64,000 nt of DNA from Bacteroidales bacterium (GTDB lineage: Bacteria; Bacteroidota; Bacteroidia; Bacteroidales; UBA10428), in contig JBGSSF010000023.1 in the NCBI GenBank assembly GCA_041737175.1, positions 145,888 to 209,887 of the forward strand, read 5' to 3'. This document shows positions 22,033 through 30,995 of this stretch, in pieces. Under the pieces are notes generated by a model. That model saw only the letters and a list, made by a program, of their open reading frames with translations. It did not search any database and was not told the origin of the DNA. The position numbers were made by a program, and so were the translations under genes. Position 1 is the first letter of the stretch. Every line of letters begins with the position of its first letter.

Positions 22033-22051
22033 TCTTAATAAACAATTCAGT

Positions 22052-23599
22052 ATGAAAAAGGCACTTATATATATCATGTTCCTGTCAGGTTTCTTATACC
22101 TGTCAGGTTGTGAACTCGATGTCATCCCCAGTGATGCACTCACCGGTGATCAGATCACAAATACCTCCGACGGACTGGTCAGTCTGGTTAACGGATGCTA
22201 CGCCCAGTTCAAAGACTTTCCTGATGCGAACAGTTCCAACAACTGGTATCTGCGTCAATATTACCACCTGAGCGACTTTGCAAGTGATGATATCGCCTGC
22301 GGCTATAAAACCGAAGATGATCTCATCAACAGTTTCCGGTATAAGGACCGGGCATCTGAAAAGTCAAACATAAACAGCTTCTGGGAAGTATCCTATAAGA
22401 TCATCTACGGGGCAAATGTGGCCATTAAAATGGCAGATGAAAAAGGAAGTGATCCGATAACAGATCATTTGAAAGGAGAAAGCTACTTTCTGAGGGCCCT
22501 GGCAACTCATAATCTGGTTCGCCTGTTTGCCAAACCATATGCCCCTGCCAACCTGACATCACCCGGCGTAATCCTGCGCGAATCATCGACCGACGGGGCT
22601 CCCAAGGCCCGTGCATCCCTGAGTGAAACCTATGACTATATTGTTTCAAGTTTGAAAACTGCAGCTTCCCTGATGAATGAAGAAACACCCGAATCGAGGA
22701 ATACCAAAGGTTTTGCTACAAAATACGGCACATGGGCTCTTCTTTCGAGGGCATATTTATACATGGGAGATTACGAGAATACCATTGCCTATGCTGATTC
22801 GGTTATAAATTCAGGATACTTTTCGCTCGAACCGGCTGAATCATTCTCTGCCTATTTTGCTCAGGCCAAGTCATCTTCAGAAACCATCTGGTGTATTCCC
22901 TTTACAGTTACGGATGATAAAAAGGAAGCATCGGTAGCCTCCATGATTTTTAATGGCGCAAGTTGCTGGGGAGAAGAAGGTGCCTCACCTTCCCTGCTGG
23001 AGGAAATGGGATTCGGAACCGATATGATGCAGATTGACCAAAGGTGGGCTTTTATTGAAACTGCAAATCCGGGCTTGAAAAATGGCGTGAATATCTATTA
23101 CATCAACAAGTTCTCGGGACAGGATAATCTACCTACGCTCAGCTCTCCGGTAATGCTGAGGCTTGCAGAAGTATACCTGAACAGGGCAGAAGCCTTTGCC
23201 AAACTTCCCGGTCATTTGTCAGAATCACTGGACGACCTGAATGAGATCAGATCAAACAGAATGTTGGTACCTGATGGAGGTGATCTGAATGATTACTTAT
23301 ATGATGCTGCACGTGACAACATTACTGAGGAAAACCTGGTGGATGTTGTACTGAAAGAAAGAAGAATTGAACTGGCTTTTGAAGGACACCGGGTATTTGA
23401 TATCCTGCGTAACGGAAAGGACCTGGTAAGAAATTACTGGGGATTTCACCTTGATAGTTATAACGGAATCCCTACCGCCAGTGAACCCGGATTGACCTCT
23501 GCGGGAGTGGTGATTCAGGCAAGCGATCCCACAACGGTTTACCCTATGCCGTCGAGTGAGATCAGTACCAATAAACTCTGTGTTCCTAATAATTTTTAA
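22052..23599 (+). CDS. SusD/RagB-family nutrient-binding outer-membrane lipoprotein
   Basis: The track ORF starts at 21884 inside susC. The preferred start is the ATG at 22052 (MKKALIYIMFLSGFLYLSGC, lipobox Cys). SusD-like TPR segments are present (RAYLYMGDYENTIAYADSVI, LRLAEVYLNRAEA, ERRIELAFEGHRVFDILR). Confidence 0.9.
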   Translation: MKKALIYIMFLSGFLYLSGCELDVIPSDALTGDQITNTSDGLVSLVNGCYAQFKDFPDANSSNNWYLRQYYHLSDFASDDIACGYKTEDDLINSFRYKDRASEKSNINSFWEVSYKIIYGANVAIKMADEKGSDPITDHLKGESYFLRALATHNLVRLFAKPYAPANLTSPGVILRESSTDGAPKARASLSETYDYIVSSLKTAASLMNEETPESRNTKGFATKYGTWALLSRAYLYMGDYENTIAYADSVINSGYFSLEPAESFSAYFAQAKSSSETIWCIPFTVTDDKKEASVASMIFNGASCWGEEGASPSLLEEMGFGTDMMQIDQRWAFIETANPGLKNGVNIYYINKFSGQDNLPTLSSPVMLRLAEVYLNRAEAFAKLPGHLSESLDDLNEIRSNRMLVPDGGDLNDYLYDAARDNITEENLVDVVLKERRIELAFEGHRVFDILRNGKDLVRNYWGFHLDSYNGIPTASEPGLTSAGVVIQASDPTTVYPMPSSEISTNKLCVPNNF

Positions 23600-23611
23600 T
23601 TCATTGTTATC

Positions 23612-24502
23612 ATGAAAAGATACTGTAACAAACTATTATATTCAACTGCAGCGATGATTCTTATAGCGATTTCCTGCAGTAAGGAGGGAGAATATACCCT
23701 CACAGAAACGGCGCCACTCGACTTTAAAACGTATTATAACGGAATGGTCGTCACTTTTGTTAATAAAAGTACAGATGCCACCGACATTTTATGGGATTTT
23801 GGCGATGACAGTCCTGAAATTTCAGGTGATTCTGTTGTACATGCTTACGCTACGATCGGCAACTATATAATTTCCATGAACGGAACAGTTGGTGGCAGAC
23901 CTTATGTCTTTCATACGGTGTTAAAGGTTGATAAGGCCTCTGTGGTGAGCCTGACCGATGATTCCTTCGATGATTGGAACGGGGTAACCTATCCTGATTT
24001 TTTACTATCCGGTAAAGGTGCGATTGATACTGCAAAAGTTGATTATGATGCCAATTACGTGTATGTATATGTTGAATTCGACTCAATTGCAGAGAATGCT
24101 GGATTAATAGATCATATTTTCGGCGTTTACATGGATATTGACAATCTTGTCACAACCGGATTTTCAATGAAAGAAATGGGAGTTGATTATGGATGCGAAG
24201 GAAATCTTTATGGTGGATGGTTTGCTCCGAGCATAGTAGATTTAATTAATGGAGACCCCGGTTGGCCCTTTATGGGTTTTGAGAATGAAAATGCTATTAA
24301 ACCGGGCTATATTACTAAGGTAGACAATACCATAAAAATGGAATTTGGTATTTCAAGAGAAGTTTTTGCCATTAATTCTGATGCCATGTCTTTCTCAATG
24401 AGCATAATGAATTCTGACTGGTCGGATGTTGGAAATCTGGCTACTCCCCTACCGGATTTTAGTGAAAAGATTATTGTTATGATGAATAAGTCTGGCAAAT
24501 AA
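23612..24502 (+). CDS. PUL-associated surface lipoprotein with a PKD domain and an unrecognised C-terminal domain
   Basis: 296 aa. It has a lipoprotein signal (AMILIAISCSKE) and a PKD-like segment (VTFVNKSTDATDILWDFGDDSPEISGDSVVHAYATIGNYIISMNG). It occupies the SusE/F position. Confidence 0.7.
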   Translation: MKRYCNKLLYSTAAMILIAISCSKEGEYTLTETAPLDFKTYYNGMVVTFVNKSTDATDILWDFGDDSPEISGDSVVHAYATIGNYIISMNGTVGGRPYVFHTVLKVDKASVVSLTDDSFDDWNGVTYPDFLLSGKGAIDTAKVDYDANYVYVYVEFDSIAENAGLIDHIFGVYMDIDNLVTTGFSMKEMGVDYGCEGNLYGGWFAPSIVDLINGDPGWPFMGFENENAIKPGYITKVDNTIKMEFGISREVFAINSDAMSFSMSIMNSDWSDVGNLATPLPDFSEKIIVMMNKSGK

Positions 24503-24522
24503 CAAAGAAAATAATGTTAAAA

Positions 24523-24562
24523 AGAGGCTGTTACAGGTAATCATTACCTTTTGACAGCCTCT
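24523..24562. terminator. Long bidirectional hairpin between convergent genes
   Basis: AGAGGCTGT (24523-24531) pairs with ACAGCCTCT (24554-24562). An inner stem AGGTAA/TTACCT also forms. T-rich sequence follows. Confidence 0.65.
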
Positions 24563-24584
24563 TTTATTTAGGTAGTGAAAGAGC

Positions 24585-25382
24585 TCAGACGATGATCACC
24601 TCAATCCCCGCATCCACCAGCCGCTTTCTGTCCTCTTCGGGTATGCCACTGTCAGTAATTACCCGGTGAAGCTTTTCAATTCCGCAAATATAGGCCAGGC
24701 TTTTCCTGAGAAACTTACTGGAATCAGACACAATAATCACTTCCTTTGCGTTCCTGATCATGATTTCATTCAAAGAAGCCTCTTCAATATTAGGCGTATA
24801 AATTCCGTGGCGCGTATCAAATCCATCCACCCCTAAAAACGCTTTATCCACATAAAGGTTTTGAAAGTTTTTCTCTGCTAGGGGTCCCATCAGTGAAAGC
24901 GAATTCTTTCTGAGATAACCTCCCGGAATGATCAGGTTGAACCCGCGGCATTGCAATAGTTGGCTGGCAATATTCAGGGCGTTGGTAACTACGGTAACTT
25001 CCCTGAGATGTCCTATGTTTTTTGCAATTTCCATGGTGGTGGTCCCTGAATCAATGATCACCGTATCGCGCTCATTGATCAGTTGCGCTGCACGTTTTCC
25101 GATTCTTGCCTTTTCACTTGTATGCAATTTGTCTTTTTCCGAAATATGATGATCAATACCAACACCGCCTTCAGCCCTAAGCGCACCGCCACGAGCCCTG
25201 ATCAACATATTCTTCCGCTCCAGCTGATCGAGATCATTGCGGATGGTAACCTCACTGACATCAAATTCCTTGCTAAGTTCATGAACTAATACTTGTCCCT
25301 CCGTATTCAATGCATTCAGAATACCTTTTCTCCTTTCAACCGTTGAATTCCTTTTGCGTGCTTTCATAACTGCAATATTCAT
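24585..25382 (-). CDS. DeoR-family transcriptional repressor (AgaR/GlpR-like)
   Basis: 265 aa. It has an N-terminal HTH (VHELSKEFDVSEVTIRNDLDQLE) and a DeoR C-terminal sensor domain. It is divergent from the agaS operon. An alternative start is M6 at 25367. Confidence 0.9.
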   Translation of the reverse strand: MNIAVMKARKRNSTVERRKGILNALNTEGQVLVHELSKEFDVSEVTIRNDLDQLERKNMLIRARGGALRAEGGVGIDHHISEKDKLHTSEKARIGKRAAQLINERDTVIIDSGTTTMEIAKNIGHLREVTVVTNALNIASQLLQCRGFNLIIPGGYLRKNSLSLMGPLAEKNFQNLYVDKAFLGVDGFDTRHGIYTPNIEEASLNEIMIRNAKEVIIVSDSSKFLRKSLAYICGIEKLHRVITDSGIPEEDRKRLVDAGIEVIIV

Positions 25383-25426
25383 AAAATTTCTACAATTCTA
25401 AAATAAAGATAGTATTCCTTTCTTGA

Positions 25427-25532
25427 TTTCATAAGTATTATTACAAAAGAATTTAATCAAATTTTATTTTACCTTTCATTTACTTATATTTATTACATTT
25501 TAGCTTTCATATTATTTTTTTATTTGTTTCAT
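25427..25532. promoter_or_regulatory. Four direct TTTCATww repeats in the divergent DeoR/agaS intergenic region (candidate operators)
   Basis: TTTCAT occurs at 25427, 25474, 25505 and 25527. The extended contexts are gaTTTCATaagtatta, ccTTTCATttacttat, gcTTTCATattatttt and tgTTTCATaatattta. Confidence 0.35.
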
Positions 25533-25538
25533 AATATT

Positions 25539-25546
25539 TATATTTG
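25539..25546 (+). promoter_or_regulatory. Candidate -7 box for the agaS operon
   Basis: TATATTTG matches TAnnTTTG, 39 nt upstream of the ATG at 25585. Confidence 0.4.
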
Positions 25547-25584
25547 TTTTAATTATTACTATTAATAAATTGAATCTTTATCAA

Positions 25585-26742
25585 ATGCTCACGCTGGGTT
25601 ATGACAGGAAAGTTTTGAATGAAAAGGGAGCTTTTTACACAGCAAGTGAAATAGCATCGCAACCTTCCTTGTGGCTTAAAGTATATAGCAAATTGCTTGA
25701 GGGTAGTTGCAGCCTGAAAAAATTCATGCAGCTTGCCCTGGCCGAAGCCGATAAGATCGTGCTCACGGGTGCCGGAACCAGTGCATTCATTGGCTTGTCG
25801 CTCTACGGCGTATTCAGCAGAAAACTTGGAAAAAATACATTGGCAATAGCCACCACAGATCTCGTCACCCATCCCGGGGACTATTTTTTTGATCGGGAAA
25901 CTGTATTGCTGATATCTTTTGCACGGTCGGGCAATAGTCCTGAAAGCACCGCTGCAGTCGAACTTGCTGATAAGCTTTGTAAAAAATGCTATCATCTTAT
26001 CATCACCTGCAATGCAGAAGGCTACCTGGCACTTTTAACCTCTTCCTCTCCCAAATATATCATGGTACTTCCACCCGAATCGAATGACCAGAGTCTGGCA
26101 ATGACCGGAAGCTATTCGGGAATGTTGTTAAGCGGTTTATTGGCTGCCCATCTGCAAAAGATTGAGAAGCTCGAAGATAACATACGGTTGCTCAGTCAGT
26201 ATGGTACACGGATCCTTAATACCTATGCACCGATCCTGCAGAACATATCGGAAAAAGCATTTAAGAGAGCAGTCTTCCTGGGTTCAGGACCATTTTATGG
26301 TACTGCAACAGAATCTTCGCTGAAACTTCAGGAACTTACGGATGGCAGGATCATTTGCAAAAATGATACCTTCCTTGGACTCAGACACGGGCCAAAGGCA
26401 GTAGTGGATGAAAACACCCTGCTGTTTTTTATATTTTCAGGCAATCCTTATGTGCTCAGGTATGAAAAGGACCTTGTCACCTCAATGAGAAAAGGGAAAA
26501 AACCACTTTTCACAATCGGTTTGTCCGAAAGAGAAGTTGACGGATGCACCTTTGACCTGCCGATCCAATTATCCGGCAAAAGTAAAAAAACGGAAGATGA
26601 ATTTTTAACCATTTGCAGCATATTGCCGGGTCAGTTGCTGGGATTTTATAAATCACTGTCCCTGGGATTGAAACCGGATAATCCGTCAGTTAGCGGAGCC
26701 ATTTCCAGGGTTGTGGAAGATGTCAGAATTTATCAATATTAA
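25585..26742 (+). CDS. agaS: SIS-domain sugar-phosphate isomerase/deaminase, AgaS-like
   Basis: The track ORF begins at a TTG at 25570. The ATG at 25585 (MLTLGYDRKVLNEKGAFYTASEIASQPSLW) is preferred. It has a double SIS architecture (VLTGAGTSAFIG...; FLGSGPFYGTATESSLKLQELT) and a length of about 385 aa, as in AgaS. Confidence 0.75.
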   Translation: MLTLGYDRKVLNEKGAFYTASEIASQPSLWLKVYSKLLEGSCSLKKFMQLALAEADKIVLTGAGTSAFIGLSLYGVFSRKLGKNTLAIATTDLVTHPGDYFFDRETVLLISFARSGNSPESTAAVELADKLCKKCYHLIITCNAEGYLALLTSSSPKYIMVLPPESNDQSLAMTGSYSGMLLSGLLAAHLQKIEKLEDNIRLLSQYGTRILNTYAPILQNISEKAFKRAVFLGSGPFYGTATESSLKLQELTDGRIICKNDTFLGLRHGPKAVVDENTLLFFIFSGNPYVLRYEKDLVTSMRKGKKPLFTIGLSEREVDGCTFDLPIQLSGKSKKTEDEFLTICSILPGQLLGFYKSLSLGLKPDNPSVSGAISRVVEDVRIYQY

Positions 26743-26750
26743 CCCATCAA

Positions 26751-28016
26751 ATGAACATCCAATTAAGAGAAGCCGCCAAAGCAGCGGAAATTCCGCTTAT
26801 GGATTATCTTTTATCCGGGATCAGGAGACTGGAAATCGCTACCGGCGTGAAACGCACCATATTTGCAGCCTGTCCGAATTCAAATACAGTGATAAGGGCA
26901 GCACTAAAGTCGGCCAAGCGTAATAACGCCCCGATAAAATTTGCGGCCACACTGAATCAGGTTGATACAGACGGCGGTTATACCGGACTTACCCCGCGTG
27001 AATTTGTAAACACCATCCGTTTGCATGCGCGCAGTCTCCATATTGTCTCACCGGTTATCATTGCAGTTGACCATGGAGGTCCATGGCTTAAAGACATACA
27101 TTCGCGCAATCAATGGTCGTATAACGATACCATGGCTGCTGTCAAAAAATCTTTTGAAGCCGCCATAGAAGCTGGTTATGACCTGCTTCATGTAGATCCT
27201 ACGGTGGATATTACCTTGCCAAAAGGTAAAACCATTTCCATTGATCTGGTTGCCGATCGCACCCTTGAACTGATAGCCCATACGGAACATTTCCGGGTTA
27301 GTCACAACTATCCCCGCATAGCTTATGAAGTTGGTACCGAAGAGGTTCATGGAGGCCTGGCCGACCTGGATGTATTTAAACATTTCCTGGACAGGCTTAA
27401 AAGCGGACTTGAAAAGCTGGGCATGCCCGATGTATGGCCTTGCTTTGTAGTTGGCAAGGTGGGTACCGATCTGCATACCACCACATTTGATCCTCTCGTG
27501 GCCAGGCAACTGGTAGAGATTGCAAGGAATTATGGTAGCCTTATAAAAGGCCATTACTCCGACAACGTAACCAACCCCGAAGCATATCCCGAATCGGGTA
27601 TGGGCGCTGCCAATATAGGACCTGAATTTACGGAAATGGAATACCTGGCGCTGGTTGAACTGGAATTGATCCAGGATCAACTTGCCCGCGAAGGAAAGAT
27701 TGCCAAACCGGTTGCCATGATGAAAACTTTACAGGAAGCCGTGATACGGTCAGAACGCTGGCAAAAATGGCTCCATGAAAAGGAAAATCCCGTTGACTTT
27801 TTTGCCAATTCACCCGAACGGCAGGAGTGGCTGATCCGGACCTGCTGCCGGTACATTTGGGAAGATCCTCAGGTGGTATCGGGACGAACCAGGCTTTATC
27901 AAAACCTTACCATGCAGGGAATTGAGGCTTCATCCATCGTTGAATCAAAAATTGAGGGTGCCATGGATCGCTATTTTTACAAATTCAACCTGGCTGGCCT
28001 GAATGATTTGCTTTAA
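26751..28016 (+). CDS. agaZ: GatZ/KbaZ/AgaZ-family protein (tagatose-bisphosphate aldolase non-catalytic subunit / tagatose-6-P kinase-like)
   Basis: 421 aa. ACPNSNTVIRAALKSAKRNNAPIKFAATLNQVDTDGGYTGLTP is characteristic of the GatZ/KbaZ family. Confidence 0.8.
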   Translation: MNIQLREAAKAAEIPLMDYLLSGIRRLEIATGVKRTIFAACPNSNTVIRAALKSAKRNNAPIKFAATLNQVDTDGGYTGLTPREFVNTIRLHARSLHIVSPVIIAVDHGGPWLKDIHSRNQWSYNDTMAAVKKSFEAAIEAGYDLLHVDPTVDITLPKGKTISIDLVADRTLELIAHTEHFRVSHNYPRIAYEVGTEEVHGGLADLDVFKHFLDRLKSGLEKLGMPDVWPCFVVGKVGTDLHTTTFDPLVARQLVEIARNYGSLIKGHYSDNVTNPEAYPESGMGAANIGPEFTEMEYLALVELELIQDQLAREGKIAKPVAMMKTLQEAVIRSERWQKWLHEKENPVDFFANSPERQEWLIRTCCRYIWEDPQVVSGRTRLYQNLTMQGIEASSIVESKIEGAMDRYFYKFNLAGLNDLL

Positions 28017-28087
28017 AAAGATACGGCTTTGAATGGCCAAAAACGAAGAATTGCACCCTAACTTTATGACAGGTAAATTACAGTATC

Positions 28088-29044
28088 ATGAATAAGGACA
28101 CGCAGGAAACAGATGTAATCGTCGTTGGAGAATTAAATGTAGACATCATCCTCAATAAAATTGAAGGCTTCCCGGCCATTGGAAAGGAGATCCTTGCAGG
28201 TGCCATGGATGTCACCCTGGGAAGCTCATCCGCCATCTTTGCCAGCAACCTCAGTTCGCTTGATGTTGCCGTTGCCTTTATTGGCAAGGTTGGCCGTGAT
28301 AACTTTGCCCGGGTGGTCACTGACAGCCTGAGCAGAAAGAAGGTGGATACCAGTCATATCCTTACATCGGAATCTTTGAGCACCGGCGCAACCATCGTGC
28401 TCAATTACGAACAGGACCGTGCCAATATTACCTATCCGGGTGCCATGAACGAATTGTGCCTGGAGGATATAGATTTTCATCTGTTATCAAAAGCCCGCCA
28501 CATGCATTTATCATCCTGTTTTCTGCAACCCGGGATTCGCAAAGATCTTACAAACCTTTTCCGGAAGGCAAAAGAACTGGGGTTGACTACTTCCCTGGAT
28601 ACACAGTGGGATCCCGAAGAAAAATGGGATCTTCCCCTGCCTTACTTACTCCCTTACGTTGATATCTTCCTGCCCAATGCAACAGAATTACAATTGCTGA
28701 CCAGGAGCAACACCATTGAAGAAGGCCTCGGCAAACTCACACCTTTTGCCAGAACAATTGTTGTGAAAAATGGCAGTGAAGGTGCATTGGCCTGGGATGG
28801 AAAAGAAATCGTACTCCAGCCTGCTTTTCTGAATGATCCGGTGGTAGATTCCATCGGCGCAGGCGACAGTTTCAACGCGGGATTTGTTAAAGAGTTCATT
28901 GCCGGCAAGCCCTTGAAGAAATGCCTCGAAATGGCAGCATTAATGGGTGCTATTAACACTACCCGGGCAGGTGGTACCGGGGCCTTTGAACATACTGATC
29001 TGATCAGGTCCATTGCAGCAGAAAAATTTAACTATTTCCTTTAA
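28088..29044 (+). CDS. PfkB-family carbohydrate kinase
   Basis: 318 aa. It has an N-terminal GELNVDI-type motif and the C-terminal DSIGAGDSFNAGF (PfkB signature 2). Substrate not determinable. Confidence 0.85.
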   Translation: MNKDTQETDVIVVGELNVDIILNKIEGFPAIGKEILAGAMDVTLGSSSAIFASNLSSLDVAVAFIGKVGRDNFARVVTDSLSRKKVDTSHILTSESLSTGATIVLNYEQDRANITYPGAMNELCLEDIDFHLLSKARHMHLSSCFLQPGIRKDLTNLFRKAKELGLTTSLDTQWDPEEKWDLPLPYLLPYVDIFLPNATELQLLTRSNTIEEGLGKLTPFARTIVVKNGSEGALAWDGKEIVLQPAFLNDPVVDSIGAGDSFNAGFVKEFIAGKPLKKCLEMAALMGAINTTRAGGTGAFEHTDLIRSIAAEKFNYFL

Positions 29045-29047
29045 CCC

Positions 29048-29869
29048 ATGCTTATTCAGGAAAAGTTATTACAACTTAAACAAGAACGAAAAGCAGTTCT
29101 GGCAGCCAATTTTTACAATTTCGAAACACTGTCCGGAATCCTGCAGGCTTCAGCCCTGCTGAAAAAACCGGTAATCCTTCAACTGTCGGAAAGTTCCATC
29201 CGCTATTTGGGATTGGGTATTGCAAGTACCCTGGCAAAGAGTGCCCTGCGCGAATACGGGGTGGAAGGCTGGCTTCATCTTGACCACGGGAGTTCGGTGG
29301 AAATGATACAGCGTTGCCTCGACCAGGGATTTGATTCGGTGATGATTGATGCCAGTGAAAAATCTTTTGATGAAAATGTTCGGATCACAAGTCAGGTGGT
29401 AAAACTGGCTGCACCCTACAAGGTAATTGTTGAGGCTGAACTTGGTTTTGTTGCAAAACTCGGACAGGAACAGTCCAAGGGAGGATTTACAAGCCCTGAA
29501 GATGCAGCCCGGTTTGTAGCCGGCACGGGTGTTCATACCCTGGCCGTTGCCATTGGTTCGGCCCATGGCTTTTATAAACTGGCCCCAGATCTCGACATTG
29601 ACCTGCTCGCCCGGATCAGCAAAGTCACCCCGGTGCCCCTGGTACTTCACGGCAGCTCAGGTATCCCCGATAGCATGTTGCAGGATGCCATCCGTAACGG
29701 AATCTGTAAAATCAACCTGGCCACCGAAACTAAAAATGCTTTTATGCTTGCCCTGCAGGAAATCTTGAAGAACAACAGCGAAATCGACCTCCGGGTTGTG
29801 TTTCCAAAAGCTACCCAGGCAGTTATTGACCTCATTATTACCAAATTAAACGTAATTACTGGTATCTAG
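29048..29869 (+). CDS. kbaY: Class II ketose-bisphosphate aldolase (KbaY/GatY/FbaA family)
   Basis: 273 aa. LHLDHG, AIGSAHG and LVLHGSSG are metal- and phosphate-binding motifs of class II FBP/TBP aldolases. Confidence 0.8.
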   Translation: MLIQEKLLQLKQERKAVLAANFYNFETLSGILQASALLKKPVILQLSESSIRYLGLGIASTLAKSALREYGVEGWLHLDHGSSVEMIQRCLDQGFDSVMIDASEKSFDENVRITSQVVKLAAPYKVIVEAELGFVAKLGQEQSKGGFTSPEDAARFVAGTGVHTLAVAIGSAHGFYKLAPDLDIDLLARISKVTPVPLVLHGSSGIPDSMLQDAIRNGICKINLATETKNAFMLALQEILKNNSEIDLRVVFPKATQAVIDLIITKLNVITGI

Positions 29870-29872
29870 AAT

Positions 29873-30973
29873 ATGAAAATAAATCCGATTTCAATAAAGA
29901 CAGTCCGGACTGCTTTCATGCTGATCCTTTGGCAGGCTTTTACCCTGTCGGCAATTTCCCAGGACGCTGAAAATCTACTGTTGAAGAACTATCGACCGCA
30001 ATCGATCTACAATATACCCGTAACGCAAATAGATCGTGCTTCTTTTCCGGTAATCGACATACATTCACATCCTTATGCCCTTGGACCTAAAGAAATCGAT
30101 CGATGGGTTGAAATGATGGATTCATGCGGTATACAAAAAACAATTATTCTAACCATGGCCACCGGAGCTAAATTTGATTCTATTGTAAATACCTATGCCG
30201 GGCATAAAAGGCGCTTTGACCTCTGGTGCGGCTTTGATTATTCAGGATACGATTTACCTGGTTTTCCTGCCTCTGCAGTAAAGGAGTTGGAACGCTGTTA
30301 TCATATGGGGGCAAAGGGCGTCGGAGAATTGGGTGATAAGGGATTGGGCGAGATATACTCCGAACCGGTTGCAGGTAAAGGTATGCACATTGACGATCCC
30401 AGGATGAAACCCTTATTTGAAAAATGCGCCGAATTAAAAATGCCCGTGAACATCCATGTGGGTGATCCCGTTTGGATGTATGAAAAGATGGACTCCACTA
30501 ACGACGGCCTGATGAATGCACTAACATGGCGCATTGACATGAATATACCGGGGATACTCGATTTACAGGAACTGGTTAAAACCCTGGAAAACACCTTAAG
30601 AGAAAATCCTAAAACCATGTTTATTGCCTGTCATTATGCCAACCTTACGCACGATCTTGGACAGCTTGGAAAACTCCTGGAAAAGTATCCCAACCTCTAT
30701 GCTGATATATCAGCCCGTTACGCCGAAACAGCAACGATCCCAAGATATATGAAAGTTTTCATTGAAAGGTATCAGGACAGGCTGTTATATGGAACCGATA
30801 TGGGATATCAATCCTCCATGTACCGAACAACCTTCCGAATACTGGAGTCAACCGATGAACATTTTTATGAAATCGAACTCTTTGGTTATCATTGGCCGCT
30901 TCACGGATTCGGACTTTCTCCTGTTGTACTGAAGAAACTTTATAATCAAAATGCTGCACTCTTATTGAAATAA
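29873..30973 (+). CDS. Signal-peptide-bearing metal-dependent amidohydrolase-fold protein
   Basis: 366 aa. It has an N-terminal signal (FMLILWQAFTLSAISQD), VIDIHSHP (HxH metal motif) and a TIM-barrel-like pattern. The subfamily is not resolved by eye. Confidence 0.65.
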   Translation: MKINPISIKTVRTAFMLILWQAFTLSAISQDAENLLLKNYRPQSIYNIPVTQIDRASFPVIDIHSHPYALGPKEIDRWVEMMDSCGIQKTIILTMATGAKFDSIVNTYAGHKRRFDLWCGFDYSGYDLPGFPASAVKELERCYHMGAKGVGELGDKGLGEIYSEPVAGKGMHIDDPRMKPLFEKCAELKMPVNIHVGDPVWMYEKMDSTNDGLMNALTWRIDMNIPGILDLQELVKTLENTLRENPKTMFIACHYANLTHDLGQLGKLLEKYPNLYADISARYAETATIPRYMKVFIERYQDRLLYGTDMGYQSSMYRTTFRILESTDEHFYEIELFGYHWPLHGFGLSPVVLKKLYNQNAALLLK

Positions 30974-30995
30974 ATGCTTATGTACCCATAGAACC

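Noticed and set aside
21884-22051. N-terminal extensions suggested by the ORF track (SusD from 21884, DUF4249 from 12821, the 631-aa ORF from 11797, TerC from 37779, DUF853 from 55308, trpA from 60481, trpF from 62311)
   Set aside because: Each extension overlaps the upstream gene, a terminator or a repeat element. An internal Met directly precedes a proper signal peptide or a conserved N-terminus, so the downstream starts were used.
27048-27680. 210-aa ORF antisense to agaZ (also 29150..29650 antisense to the aldolase and 25549..25995 antisense to agaS)
   Set aside because: All are embedded in strongly supported plus-strand genes, lack recognisable motifs and are typical antisense shadows.
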